Shown: positions 1 to 9,352 of the stretch, one piece after another
How positions within the stretch are numbered: the stretch's first letter is position 1
Layout of the letters: every line of letters starts with the position of its first letter
DNA from: Candidatus Iainarchaeum sp.
Lineage (GTDB): Archaea > Iainarchaeota > Iainarchaeia > Iainarchaeales > DTGL01
Length of the DNA: 24,299 nucleotides
Assembly (NCBI GenBank): GCA_038736825.1
Contig: JAVYME010000018.1
Span: 1-24,299, forward strand
Direction: 5' to 3'
Notes under the pieces: generated by a model
What the model was told of the DNA's origin: nothing
Seen by the model: only the letters and a program-made list of their open reading frames with translations
The model's database searches: none
Program-made: the position numbers and the translations under genes

Positions 1-1329
1 GTGGTTGTTTTCAAGCACCCAGTAATTGCCTCAAAAGGAAACGCAATGGTGGCGCTTGTAATGAATGGCGAACTATCTTTTACAGAGCGCTGGCATACTG
101 AATCCCTAGAAAAAGGCATAGACTTGCACAAGGCATCAAATGATGCAGCTCACTCTGCAGGCAAAATCCTTTCAATTTACTTGGAAAAAAAAGATTTTTC
201 TGCCGCACTGAAAGAGTTTTACAAGCAAGCATTCCCTTTTGGGGGCTTCACTTTTTTGGGAGCAATCTGTGATTCCGACAAAAAAAGCTTTTTTTACATG
301 CGTGACGGGTTAAGACCACTGCATTTCGCAAAAGCCAATGGATGGCTTGTCTTTTTTTCTGAAACAAGCCATGCTGGCTGCCTGGGAGTGCAAGAGGCTT
401 TGGAAATCAGTGCTGGCGAAATCGGCTTAATTGAACTGCCTTCACTGAAATGGAGCAAAACAGACATGAACCGCGAGCTTAAGGGAATTGCAAGCCGGGG
501 CTTGTGCCCATTTGAAATAGCCTATTTTCAAAACTATGACTCCAAGATTGGCGGTTTTACAGTTGATTCTGTTCGAAGGGAATTCGGGAAAGCGCTTGCA
601 AGAGAACACCCCCCAAAACCAGGCTCAGTAATATCGTGGGTGCCAAAATCCGGCATTAGTGCAACTCAAGGCTATTTTGAAGAATCACTCAAATTGCAGG
701 GAAGCATAGAGTTCAGGCAAGCCATCACAAGAATGCCTGATTCAAGGTCAAGAGGAGAACGCTCTTTTCTTGGCTACAAATCGCTTTCATTGCAAGAAAA
801 GCTTTCAAGAAAATTCAAGATAAACACTCACGATGTCAAAGGCGAAGATATAATTGTAATCGATGATTCCATTGTAAGAGGCAATGTCTCCGAATGGATT
901 GCAAAAATGCTGAATTCAGCAAAACCAAAAAGCCTTTGCTTTCTTTCAGCTTGGCCGCCAATGATAGGCGAATGCAAGGCAGGCATTGACTTAGAGTGCG
1001 AGGAGCTTTTAGCCCTAAAACACCTTTCCGCAAGTGAAATAATCTTGGACCAAAAAAAACTAGAGGAAAAACTAAGCGAGTGCTTTTCATGCAAAAAAAA
1101 CAAGTGCCGCAAGCTTTTTGATCGCGTTGGATACATCAGCATTTCTGCTGTAAAGGCTGCCTTTGGAAAACATCTCAAGGGAAAGGTTTGCACTGGTTGC
1201 TTTGAAGGAGATTATTCTTACATTCACCCAGGAAATGCGGAAAAGCCCCCTTCATGGCTTTTGGACTTTATCAGCCAAAACAGTGTTGAATGCCCAAACC
1301 AATTGCAAAAAAGAGGGTTTTCCAGTTGA
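1..1329 (+). CDS. purF: amidophosphoribosyltransferase (glutamine-PRPP amidotransferase), 5' end cut by window edge
   Basis: The ORF is open from base 1, so the N-terminal catalytic Cys region is not visible. It has an Ntn-amidotransferase-like segment (VALVMNGEL, RDGLRPLHF, FFSETSH). It also has PRTase motifs (WVPKSGISA and the PRPP loop IIVIDDSIVRGN). The C-terminal Cys pattern (ECKAGID ... CTGCFEGDY) resembles Fe-S type PurF. Confidence 0.85.
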   Translation: MVVFKHPVIASKGNAMVALVMNGELSFTERWHTESLEKGIDLHKASNDAAHSAGKILSIYLEKKDFSAALKEFYKQAFPFGGFTFLGAICDSDKKSFFYMRDGLRPLHFAKANGWLVFFSETSHAGCLGVQEALEISAGEIGLIELPSLKWSKTDMNRELKGIASRGLCPFEIAYFQNYDSKIGGFTVDSVRREFGKALAREHPPKPGSVISWVPKSGISATQGYFEESLKLQGSIEFRQAITRMPDSRSRGERSFLGYKSLSLQEKLSRKFKINTHDVKGEDIIVIDDSIVRGNVSEWIAKMLNSAKPKSLCFLSAWPPMIGECKAGIDLECEELLALKHLSASEIILDQKKLEEKLSECFSCKKNKCRKLFDRVGYISISAVKAAFGKHLKGKVCTGCFEGDYSYIHPGNAEKPPSWLLDFISQNSVECPNQLQKRGFSS

Positions 1330-4298
1330 ACAGGATTGAAATCTGCATAAAAAAAGAATTTTCAGACTCGGCTGGCAAAAAAATCATGATTGCCGCACTA
1401 GAAGACCTTGGAATAAAAGCAAGCGAAATCCGCACAATAAAGGCCTTTTCAATAACAGGCAAAATCCCTGAAAAAAAATTGAAAGAGATTGCGGAAAAGG
1501 TTTTTGCAGACCCAATACTGCAAGATTTTTCAGTTAACAGCCCGTTAGCAAAAAAATTTGATTTTGATTTTTTGCTAGAGGTTGCCTTCAAGCCAGGCGT
1601 GACAGACAATGAAGCCAGAACAGCGCGTGAATCAATTGAAAACTTTCTTGGAAAAAAATTAAACGGAACAGTCCACACTTCCACTCAATACCTTTTATCA
1701 GGCATTTCAGGAAAAGAAGCGGAAAAGATTGCCACTGGCCTTATTGCAAACGAATTAATAGAATTATGGCGGGTTTGGCCGGCAGAACAATGGAAGAAAT
1801 CCTTTCCTTGCATTGAAATAAAAGAAATTCAGGCAAAATCAAAAGCCTTTGTTGAAGAATTCAATTTGAATGTTGAAAAAAGAGAGCTTGAATTGCTCAG
1901 TGCAAAGAGATGCTTGGCGCTAACCGCCAGCGAGCTTGGGTTTTTTGCAGCCTATCTTTCAAAGCCAGAAGTATTGGCTGAAAGAAAAAAGCACGGGTTA
2001 AGCGCAAAAGCCACAGATGTTGAACTGGAATGCTTTGCTCAAACGCAAAGCGAGCACTGCAAGCACAAGGTTTTCAAGGCAACCATAAAATACAGGGAAA
2101 GAAACCTAGAGCACAGAATTGAAAGCCTTTTCAAGACATTTATTGTGAGTGCAACAGAAAAAATAAGGCAATCTCGTGAAAAAAACAATTTTTGTGTTTC
2201 AGTTTTTGAAGACAATGCAGGCATAATTTCGTTTGACTCCAATTGGAACATTGCATTCAAGACAGAAACCCATAACGCGCCAAGCGCTTTGGATCCCTAT
2301 GGAGGAGCATTAACTGGAATTGTTGGCGTTAACAGAGACATTATTGGCGCTGGAATTGGCGCAAAACCGATTTTCAATACAAACATTCTCTGCTTTGGCA
2401 ATCCTTTTGTTGATGAAAACAGTATCCCAAAAGGAGTGCTTCACCCAAAAAGAGTTTTTCGCGGTGTGAGAAAAGGAATAGAGGATGGGGGAAACCAGAG
2501 CGGCATTCCAACAATAAATGGAAGCATTTTCTTTGACGAATCCTTTTCAGTAAGACCCCTTGTTTTTTGCGGCACTGGAGGCATAATGCCTGCAAAAATC
2601 CATGGAAGAGAAACCCACAAAAAAAAAGCAAAGCCTGGCGACAAAATTGTCATGGTTGGCGGGAGAATAGGCAAGGACGGAATTCATGGCGCAACATTTT
2701 CAAGCACAGCAATTGGTGAAGAATCGCCTTCAAGTGCAGTGCAAATAGGCGCTCCAATAATCCAAAAAAGGATGTTGGACTTTTTGCTTGAGGCAAGGGA
2801 TTTATGCCTTTACAATTCAATTACAGACAATGGAGCCGGAGGGCTTTCCTCAAGCGTTGGCGAAATGGCATTACAAAGCGGAGGCGCAATCCTTGAACTT
2901 GAAAAGGCTCCATTGAAATACGCTGGCTTGCAACCATGGGAAATCCTTTTAAGCGAAGCACAGGAAAGAATGACTCTCGCAGTGCCACCCTCAAAATTAA
3001 AAGAATTTTTGGCTTTAAGCTCAAAGCGGGGCGTAGAGGCAACAGTTATAGGCGAATTCAATAATTCAAGAAAACTGGAAGCAAAATATGGAAAAAAGAC
3101 AGTTTTGTTTTTGGACTTGGATTTTTTGCACAATGGCCTTCCAAGAATGGAATTGGAGGCAGAATTTGAACCAGTTCCAGAAGAACCAGAAGGAGAAATA
3201 AACGTTATTGATTTCGGGCAAGAACTTAAAGAAATTCTTTCAAATCCAAATGTTTGCTCCAAACACTGGGTTGTAAGGCAATACGATCACGAAGTCCAAG
3301 GAACCAGCACCATAAAGCCATTAATTGGAGCAGCCAATGACGGTCCAAGCGATGCAGCAGTAATAAAGCCAATTTCAGATTCCTGGAAAGGGCTAATAGT
3401 CTCAAACGGCATCAATCCCAGCATTGGGGAAAACGATCCCTATTGGATGGCGGCAAACGCAATAGATGAAGCAATAAGAAACGCAGTGGCTGTTGGAGCA
3501 AATCCTGAAAGAATCGCGCTTTTGGACAATTTTTGCTGGCCTGACCCAAAATTTGATGCAATAAAAAACCCTGAAGGAAAAAAGAATTTGGGAAAACTAG
3601 TGCGAGCCTGCAGAGCCTGCTATGACTTTTCAATTGCTTTCAAGATGCCTTTCATTTCAGGCAAGGACTCTCTTGCCGGAGACAGAGAAATTGCAGGAAA
3701 AAAGTATTCAATAAAACCAACTCTTTTGGTTTCCGCGCTTGCAGAAATAGAAGATGTAAGAAAAGCGGTTTCAATGGATGCAAAAAATCCAGGCAACCTG
3801 GTTTACATTTTAGGCATTACAAGGGCAGAAATGCAGGGCTCGGTTTTCCTTGAAAGAAGAGGGTTGAAAAAAGGCTTAATCCCCAAAGTGAAAGCTGAAA
3901 GTGCTTTAGCATTATATTTTGCACTCCACAAAGCAATTCTTGAAGGAATAGTGGAGAGCGCGCATGATTGCTCTCAAGGCGGCTTGGCAGTAGCGCTTGC
4001 TGAAACCGCTTTTGCAGGCAATCTTGGAATAAAAGCCTCATTGTCAGGAGTTCCAGTAGAAGGCGTTTTGAATGAAACCCAATTGCTTTTTTCGGAAAGC
4101 CCTTCAAGGCTTGTTGTTACAGTCAAACCAGAAAACAAGGAAAGATTTGAGGAAATCCTTGCAGGCAAAGATTTTGGGCTTATAGGGGAAACAACTTCAG
4201 ACCAATTTCTTGAAATAATGAGCCTTACTGGAAAAATTGTCTTAAAAGAAAAAATTCTAGAACTAAAAAAAGCTTGGCTTAAAACACTTGACTGGTGA
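1290..4298 (+). CDS. purL: FGAM synthase subunit PurL with two N-terminal PurS-like repeats fused in frame
   Basis: PurL core motifs are present: ATDVELECFAQTQSEHCKHKVF, TETHNAPSALDPYGGA, VMVGGRIGKDGIHGATFSS, ITDNGAGGLSSSVGEM, HDCSQGGLAVALAE. Residues ~12-90 and ~95-166 each look like PurS. The start is ambiguous: ATG 1290 overlaps purF by 40 nt, while TTG 1326 forms a TTGA overlap with the purF stop and is preceded by a GAGGG-like motif. Confidence 0.9.
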   Translation: MPKPIAKKRVFQLNRIEICIKKEFSDSAGKKIMIAALEDLGIKASEIRTIKAFSITGKIPEKKLKEIAEKVFADPILQDFSVNSPLAKKFDFDFLLEVAFKPGVTDNEARTARESIENFLGKKLNGTVHTSTQYLLSGISGKEAEKIATGLIANELIELWRVWPAEQWKKSFPCIEIKEIQAKSKAFVEEFNLNVEKRELELLSAKRCLALTASELGFFAAYLSKPEVLAERKKHGLSAKATDVELECFAQTQSEHCKHKVFKATIKYRERNLEHRIESLFKTFIVSATEKIRQSREKNNFCVSVFEDNAGIISFDSNWNIAFKTETHNAPSALDPYGGALTGIVGVNRDIIGAGIGAKPIFNTNILCFGNPFVDENSIPKGVLHPKRVFRGVRKGIEDGGNQSGIPTINGSIFFDESFSVRPLVFCGTGGIMPAKIHGRETHKKKAKPGDKIVMVGGRIGKDGIHGATFSSTAIGEESPSSAVQIGAPIIQKRMLDFLLEARDLCLYNSITDNGAGGLSSSVGEMALQSGGAILELEKAPLKYAGLQPWEILLSEAQERMTLAVPPSKLKEFLALSSKRGVEATVIGEFNNSRKLEAKYGKKTVLFLDLDFLHNGLPRMELEAEFEPVPEEPEGEINVIDFGQELKEILSNPNVCSKHWVVRQYDHEVQGTSTIKPLIGAANDGPSDAAVIKPISDSWKGLIVSNGINPSIGENDPYWMAANAIDEAIRNAVAVGANPERIALLDNFCWPDPKFDAIKNPEGKKNLGKLVRACRACYDFSIAFKMPFISGKDSLAGDREIAGKKYSIKPTLLVSALAEIEDVRKAVSMDAKNPGNLVYILGITRAEMQGSVFLERRGLKKGLIPKVKAESALALYFALHKAILEGIVESAHDCSQGGLAVALAETAFAGNLGIKASLSGVPVEGVLNETQLLFSESPSRLVVTVKPENKERFEEILAGKDFGLIGETTSDQFLEIMSLTGKIVLKEKILELKKAWLKTLDW

Positions 4299-4304
4299 AA
4301 AAAA

Positions 4305-5111
4305 ATGAAATTGAGAGCATTAATCCTTGCTGGAGAGGGAATAAACTGTGATTTTGAAACAGCGCTTGCCTTCAAAAAAGCAGGCGCTTTTCCAGAAAGA
4401 GTTCACATCAACGACTTGATTGCCAAGCCAAAAATGCTTGAATGCTTTCACGCACTAGCAATTCCGGGCGGTTTTTCTTTTGGTGACGACCTTGGAGCAG
4501 GAAAGGCTTTTGCAAACAAGATAGTGCATGCCTCCAGTGAAGGCGGAAAACTTTTCGATTTCTTGGTATCCTTTATAGAAGAGGGCAAGCTAGTGATAGG
4601 CATATGCAATGGCTTTCAAATCCTTGCAAAAAGCGGTTTGCTTCCAGCATTAGATGGAAAATACGGCGAGCAACAAGTGTCAGTTTCCTACAATGAGTCT
4701 GGAAGGTTTGAAAACCGGTGGGTTAAACTCAAAGTGCAAGAATCCAATTGCATTTTCCTCAAAGACATGCAATTCATTGAATTGCCTTGCAGGCACGGAG
4801 AAGGAAAATTTATTGCAGAAAGCGAAACAATTTCCTCTTTGTGGGAAAAAAACCTGGTTTGCCTGCAATACTCGGATTCACAAGGCAAGCCCACCATGCA
4901 ATACCCAGACAACCCTAATGGTTCAATGAATGCAATAGCCGGCATTTGCAACGAAAAAGGCAATGTTTTGGGCTTAATGCCCCACCCAGAAGCATTCCTT
5001 TTTTCCACAAACCACCCGCAATGGACTCGCTTTAAGCCGCAAGACTGGAAAGGAGAAGGTTTAAAGGTTTTCGAAAATGCAGTTAAATATTTGAGGCAAA
5101 ACTATAAGTGA
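4305..5111 (+). CDS. purQ: FGAM synthase glutamine amidotransferase subunit PurQ
   Basis: Class-I GATase signature GICNGFQIL (nucleophile Cys) and MPHPE (His/Glu). GGTGA lies at 4294-4298, 6 nt before the ATG. The gene sits immediately downstream of purL. Confidence 0.9.
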   Translation: MKLRALILAGEGINCDFETALAFKKAGAFPERVHINDLIAKPKMLECFHALAIPGGFSFGDDLGAGKAFANKIVHASSEGGKLFDFLVSFIEEGKLVIGICNGFQILAKSGLLPALDGKYGEQQVSVSYNESGRFENRWVKLKVQESNCIFLKDMQFIELPCRHGEGKFIAESETISSLWEKNLVCLQYSDSQGKPTMQYPDNPNGSMNAIAGICNEKGNVLGLMPHPEAFLFSTNHPQWTRFKPQDWKGEGLKVFENAVKYLRQNYK

Positions 5112-5115
5112 TTTT

Positions 5116-6126
5116 ATGGATTACAAGACAGCAGGCGTAAATGTTTCACTTGGAGACAAGTGCTCTGCAATCGCTTACCGAGAATCAAAAAAAACCTTCA
5201 AGAACAGAAAAGGAAAAATTGGAGAAGCATTGCTTTGCGATGAAGGCTTTTCAGGACCAATATACTTTCCAAAACTGCAAAACGCAATCCTGGTAAAAAA
5301 CTGTGATGGGATTGGAAGCAAGGCAATAGTTGCATGGAAAATGAAAAAATTCACAACGCTGGCGTTTGACTTGATTGCAATGGTTGCAGATGATTGCGCT
5401 GCACTTGGAGCAGAACCGATTGCGGCAACAAACACAATTGACATCCAAAAAGTGGACGAAAAAGTGATTTCAGAGCTAATGAAAGGAATCCCGAAAGCCT
5501 GTGAAAGGGCAGGCATTTCAATGATTGGAGGAGAAATAGCGGAAATGCCAGACCAAGTGAACGGTTTTGCTTGGAACGCAGACATTATAGGAGTAATGGA
5601 AAAAAAGAAAATTGTTGACGGCTCCAAAATCAAGAAAGGCGACAGCATTGTTGCCTTCAAAAGCAATGGCATTCGCTCTAATGGTTTAACCCTTGCAAGA
5701 AAAATTTTGGAAAAACAATTTGGCGAAAAATGGCACTCGAAAAAATTTAAAGGCCAAAAATGGGGTGACATTTTGCTCAAGCCTTCAATTATTGTAAGCC
5801 CAGCAATTGTTGAAATTGTTGGCGCTTATGGCGAAAAAGGAAAATGCAAAGCGCACGGGTTTGCGCATGTAACTGGGGGCGGCATTTTTGGAAATTTTGC
5901 CAGAATAATGAAAAGCCAGCGCTTGAGCGCAATATTTGAGGATTTGTGGAAGCCAAACCCAGAGTTTTTGGAATTAATGCGCCTTGGCAGTGTCACAAAA
6001 CAGGAAGCCTTTAAGGCATGGAATATGGGAACCTGTTTCTTGGTTGTAACACCTGAACCAAACAAAGCAATAGAAATAGCGGAAAAGCACGGGATAAAGG
6101 CAAAAGAGGCTGGAAAAATAGTTTAG
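5116..6126 (+). CDS. purM: phosphoribosylaminoimidazole (AIR) synthetase
   Basis: N-terminus is DYKTAGVNVSLGD. AIR synthase-like motifs are present: DGIGSK, MVADDCAALGAEP, GGEIAEMP, HVTGGG. It starts 4 nt after the purQ stop. Confidence 0.9.
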   Translation: MDYKTAGVNVSLGDKCSAIAYRESKKTFKNRKGKIGEALLCDEGFSGPIYFPKLQNAILVKNCDGIGSKAIVAWKMKKFTTLAFDLIAMVADDCAALGAEPIAATNTIDIQKVDEKVISELMKGIPKACERAGISMIGGEIAEMPDQVNGFAWNADIIGVMEKKKIVDGSKIKKGDSIVAFKSNGIRSNGLTLARKILEKQFGEKWHSKKFKGQKWGDILLKPSIIVSPAIVEIVGAYGEKGKCKAHGFAHVTGGGIFGNFARIMKSQRLSAIFEDLWKPNPEFLELMRLGSVTKQEAFKAWNMGTCFLVVTPEPNKAIEIAEKHGIKAKEAGKIV

Positions 6127-6161
6127 TTTTTTTAATACTTTATGAAAAAGCGGTTTTTTTT
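6127..6161 (+). terminator. oligo-T tracts after purM in the convergent purM/purN gap
   Basis: A T7 run at 6127-6133 follows the purM stop directly, and a T8 run lies at 6154-6161. Archaeal intrinsic termination uses oligo-T tracts. Confidence 0.35.
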
Positions 6162-6174
6162 GAGGAAAATTTAG

Positions 6175-6990
6175 TTATTCTTTTTTAACCGAGTTTGTTT
6201 CAAGGTCAAAATAGCCCTGCTTCCATTTGCCTTTCTCTTTAATGAAAACCTTTTCATTCTTCACTAAGACAAGGCCGTCGGCAATCAGCTCGATAGCCTT
6301 AAGGAAAGCAGGATCATCGCCCTCTCTCTTCAATCTTTCCTGGAGAAAATCCGCATACTCTTGCAGTCTTGCCTTGTCATCTCTCAAAGAAGTGATTTTT
6401 TCAATGTCAGCCTTTAAAGGCTTGGACAAAACCAATACAGGGCCACAATCAACTTTTGAAGTCACAAAGTGTATTGTAGAACGCAATTCAGTTTGCCCTG
6501 CAAATAGTGTATCAAATACAGCATTTTTGCCAGCAAATGCTGGTCTCCCATTGACTAAAATTTTAAGGTTGGATGGGTGCACATTTAAAATGCGGTTCTT
6601 GAATTCGCAAAGCAAATTTTCTGGAATTATTCTCATGAAACCGCTGAGCATCAACAAGTCGGGCTTTATTTTCCTGAGTTCATGCAAAACCTTTTCAAAA
6701 AACAGGGCTCTCATGGTTTCCTTTTTTTTGCTTGCAAATTGCAATGCGAATTCATTCCAGTCAATAACTGAAACCCTTACCTTGTGAGATTCAAAAAAGC
6801 GAATGCCTTTTGCGCCTGCTTTATCGCAAATTGCTCCAACAATCAAAACTTTTTTTTCAAGTGAAGGGTTTTCTTTGGACTGCTGCAAAAGAAATTGCGC
6901 AGAACCAGCGTTTCCTGAAAAAAGCACTGCAATTTTCAAGGGCTGTTTCTTGGAATCAAAAAGCGGTTTTGGAGAGAAAGGCTCAAGCAT
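6175..6990 (-). CDS. purN: phosphoribosylglycinamide formyltransferase (folate-dependent, PurN-like) with ~60 aa C-terminal extension
   Basis: KIAVLFSGNAGSAQ matches the PurN N-terminal G-rich loop. LNVHPSNL matches the HPS(L)LP catalytic His motif, and VDCGPVL supplies the catalytic Asp. I chose ATG at 6990 rather than the ORF-track TTG at 7002. It is convergent with purM. Confidence 0.75.
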   Translation of the reverse strand: MLEPFSPKPLFDSKKQPLKIAVLFSGNAGSAQFLLQQSKENPSLEKKVLIVGAICDKAGAKGIRFFESHKVRVSVIDWNEFALQFASKKKETMRALFFEKVLHELRKIKPDLLMLSGFMRIIPENLLCEFKNRILNVHPSNLKILVNGRPAFAGKNAVFDTLFAGQTELRSTIHFVTSKVDCGPVLVLSKPLKADIEKITSLRDDKARLQEYADFLQERLKREGDDPAFLKAIELIADGLVLVKNEKVFIKEKGKWKQGYFDLETNSVKKE

Positions 6991-7007
6991 GACAAACCCC
7001 AAAGAAA

Positions 7008-7042
7008 GAAATATATACAGAAAACAAGATAATGCTTATAAC
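7008..7042. promoter_or_regulatory. candidate divergent promoter region between purN (-) and the HAD gene (+)
   Basis: AT-rich AAATATATAC lies at 7010-7019, ~22-30 nt from the purN ATG on the minus strand. CTTATAA at 7036-7042 lies ~24 nt upstream of ATG 7063. Both spacings would give leaderless or near-leaderless mRNAs. Confidence 0.3.
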
Positions 7043-7062
7043 AATGCTAGTGATTCTTTTTC

Positions 7063-8277
7063 ATGGTTTTTGGCATGAAGACTGAGCCTTCAACAAAAAA
7101 GCCCTTTCCAGCATACCTTGTCTTTGACATGGATTTCACGCTGGTTATAGCGGACATTTCAGCTGAATTTTTTAGAGAAATAGCAAAACAAAATGGCTTG
7201 CCAGAATTCACTTTTGTTGAAAAACTCAGGCAAAAGATAGACGAAATTGACCCTTTCATTACTGAATGGGAAGCCGGCAAGAGAAAAATTCCAGAAAAGC
7301 CAGCTTGGCTGGCAGAGGCTTTAAAAAAAGGGGACACCCCCTATGCTGGCTGGGCTTTTGAACAAGTTTTCAGTGAAATGATTCCAGACATTGCCAGCGG
7401 CAAACTCAGGCTTGACGGAAAACCAATAACCAGGGTTTCCCTAGTAGAATTTGCCGCCAACAGAGTAAAACTAATGCCGGGAATGAGGGACCTACTTAAA
7501 ACAATAAGTTCAAGCCACCTCATTGGAATAAAAGACTGCTTTATTGTAACAGCCGGTTTAAAACCATTCGCTGAAGGAGTGGCATTACAACTCGCTCACA
7601 CAACAAAAAGCGGAGTCAGGGCAATTATTCCACTTCAAAACATTTTTGGGTTGGATGTTTTGACTACACCTGACAACAGGGTTTGTGGCTTGAAAAATTT
7701 TCACAAAAACCAAAAAATAGCAAATGTGAAAAAAATCGAAGAATTTGTGAGAAAAGACATTGTGAAAAAAGGCTGGCCAACCCCAAAACACGGCAACCCC
7801 TTATGCCACTTGATTTACATTGGGGACGGAATCACTGATGCGCCTGCAATGAAATATGTTGCAAGCGGCGGTCACAGGGGCGGCAGTGGAATGACAATCC
7901 AGTTGCATCCTGACGAAAAACTAATCAGGGATGGCGTTATAGAATTTGTTTTCATAGGGCCAAACCTGCAAAAGCTATGGAAAGAATTGATCAAGCCATA
8001 TATTGAGGCAAGCGGTGACAAAAAAGCAAAACAAAAACTGAGGAAACAAATTGGGGGCGGCATGCCAGCTAAAACCTCGCTTTTGCACAGATATGAAATC
8101 TTTTTAGGAAAAATTTATGGCAGGCAAGCGCCAAGCGACAGACTGCCCCGCATTGCCAAATGGCAAAGGCAATATCTTACCCAGCAAAAGCGCTCTCAAA
8201 AAATCAAAATGTGGCTATCCAGATACCGTGAAGGCATCAAGCGAGGTTTTAACAGAACACTTAAAAGGCACCGCTAA
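7063..8277 (+). CDS. HAD-superfamily (subfamily IB-like) phosphatase with a highly basic C-terminal tail
   Basis: HAD motif I is LVFDMDFTLV (DxDxT), motif II is IVTAG, and motif IV is YIGDGITDAPAM. There is a large cap insert between motifs I and II. The last ~87 aa are Lys/Arg/Gln-rich. An alternative ATG lies at 7075. Confidence 0.7.
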   Translation: MVFGMKTEPSTKKPFPAYLVFDMDFTLVIADISAEFFREIAKQNGLPEFTFVEKLRQKIDEIDPFITEWEAGKRKIPEKPAWLAEALKKGDTPYAGWAFEQVFSEMIPDIASGKLRLDGKPITRVSLVEFAANRVKLMPGMRDLLKTISSSHLIGIKDCFIVTAGLKPFAEGVALQLAHTTKSGVRAIIPLQNIFGLDVLTTPDNRVCGLKNFHKNQKIANVKKIEEFVRKDIVKKGWPTPKHGNPLCHLIYIGDGITDAPAMKYVASGGHRGGSGMTIQLHPDEKLIRDGVIEFVFIGPNLQKLWKELIKPYIEASGDKKAKQKLRKQIGGGMPAKTSLLHRYEIFLGKIYGRQAPSDRLPRIAKWQRQYLTQQKRSQKIKMWLSRYREGIKRGFNRTLKRHR

Positions 8278-8319
8278 CGATTAAAATACTTTAACTCTTT
8301 CTTTTTGCAGGTGAAAGTA

Positions 8320-9351
8320 ATGGGTTCAGTAAAAGACCTAGTGATTGAAAGCCAGCCAACTGACATGGTTCCAGGAACAGGCAAATTTGTTTTTTCCAAC
8401 GATTACTCTGTTTTTGACTGGGGAAAAATGCCTGACAAAATCCTGCTCAAAGGCAGGGCTTTATGCATGATGGCTGCATTCAATTTTGAGCTTTTGGAAA
8501 AAAATGGAATAAGAACACACTATCTGGGCCTTTTGGAAAACAGCCAGGCAAAAAGGTTTGACTCAATAGTGGAACCATCCAATGAAATGAAAGTTATGGT
8601 GGCAAGAAAGCCAGTCCTTGAATTCAAAAACGGGTTATACGATTACGCTCTTTTCAAAAAAAAAGCCGGCAATAATTTTCTAGTTCCATTGGAAATAATT
8701 TTCCGCAATTCAATCCCGATTGGCAGTTCTGCAAGAAAAAGGCTTTCCCCAAAACAAGCGGGCTTGAAGGGAAACAAATGGCCTGAAAAAAATGTAAAAC
8801 TGAAAAAGCCAGTCATTGATTTTTCCACCAAGCTTGAAGCAAAAGACCGCTATCTTTCAGAGCAAGAGGCTCTTGAAATTTCATGTCTTCCCCAAGAAAA
8901 ATTCAATGAATTAAAAAAAATCGCCTTTAATGTTAACAAAATAATAACCAGGCAAGCCAAAAAGCAGGGCTTAGAGCACGAAGACGGCAAAATAGAGGTT
9001 TTCCATTACAATGGCGAAATCTTTGTTGCAGATGTAGCCGGCACTTTTGATGAAAACAGGTTTGCCTTTAAGGGAAAGGAAATAAGCAAGGAAGTTTTAA
9101 GACAGTATTATAAGAAAAGCCAGCCAGAATGGATTGAAGCAATGGAAAAAGCCAGAGCCATGGCTGAAAAGAAAAAGGAAAAAGACTGGAAAAAATATTG
9201 CAGGATAGAACCAAAGCCATTGCCTCCAGCCCTCCTTGAACTGGTCAGCGAAATGTATTGTGCTGGCACAAACCAGTACTGTGAAAAGGAAATATTCAAT
9301 GCGCGGCCCATAAGGACAGTTCTTGAAGAGCTTTATTCTTGGAGTGAATGA
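8320..9351 (+). CDS. purC: SAICAR synthetase (long form)
   Basis: MGSVKDL ... FSNDYSVFDWGKM...KGRALCMMAAFNFELLEKNGIRTHY fits the PurC N-terminal ATP-grasp-like pattern. Start is set at ATG 8320, preceded by GGTGA at 8310-8314. The ORF-track start 8305 is a TTG. Confidence 0.85.
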   Translation: MGSVKDLVIESQPTDMVPGTGKFVFSNDYSVFDWGKMPDKILLKGRALCMMAAFNFELLEKNGIRTHYLGLLENSQAKRFDSIVEPSNEMKVMVARKPVLEFKNGLYDYALFKKKAGNNFLVPLEIIFRNSIPIGSSARKRLSPKQAGLKGNKWPEKNVKLKKPVIDFSTKLEAKDRYLSEQEALEISCLPQEKFNELKKIAFNVNKIITRQAKKQGLEHEDGKIEVFHYNGEIFVADVAGTFDENRFAFKGKEISKEVLRQYYKKSQPEWIEAMEKARAMAEKKKEKDWKKYCRIEPKPLPPALLELVSEMYCAGTNQYCEKEIFNARPIRTVLEELYSWSE

Positions 9352-9352
9352 A

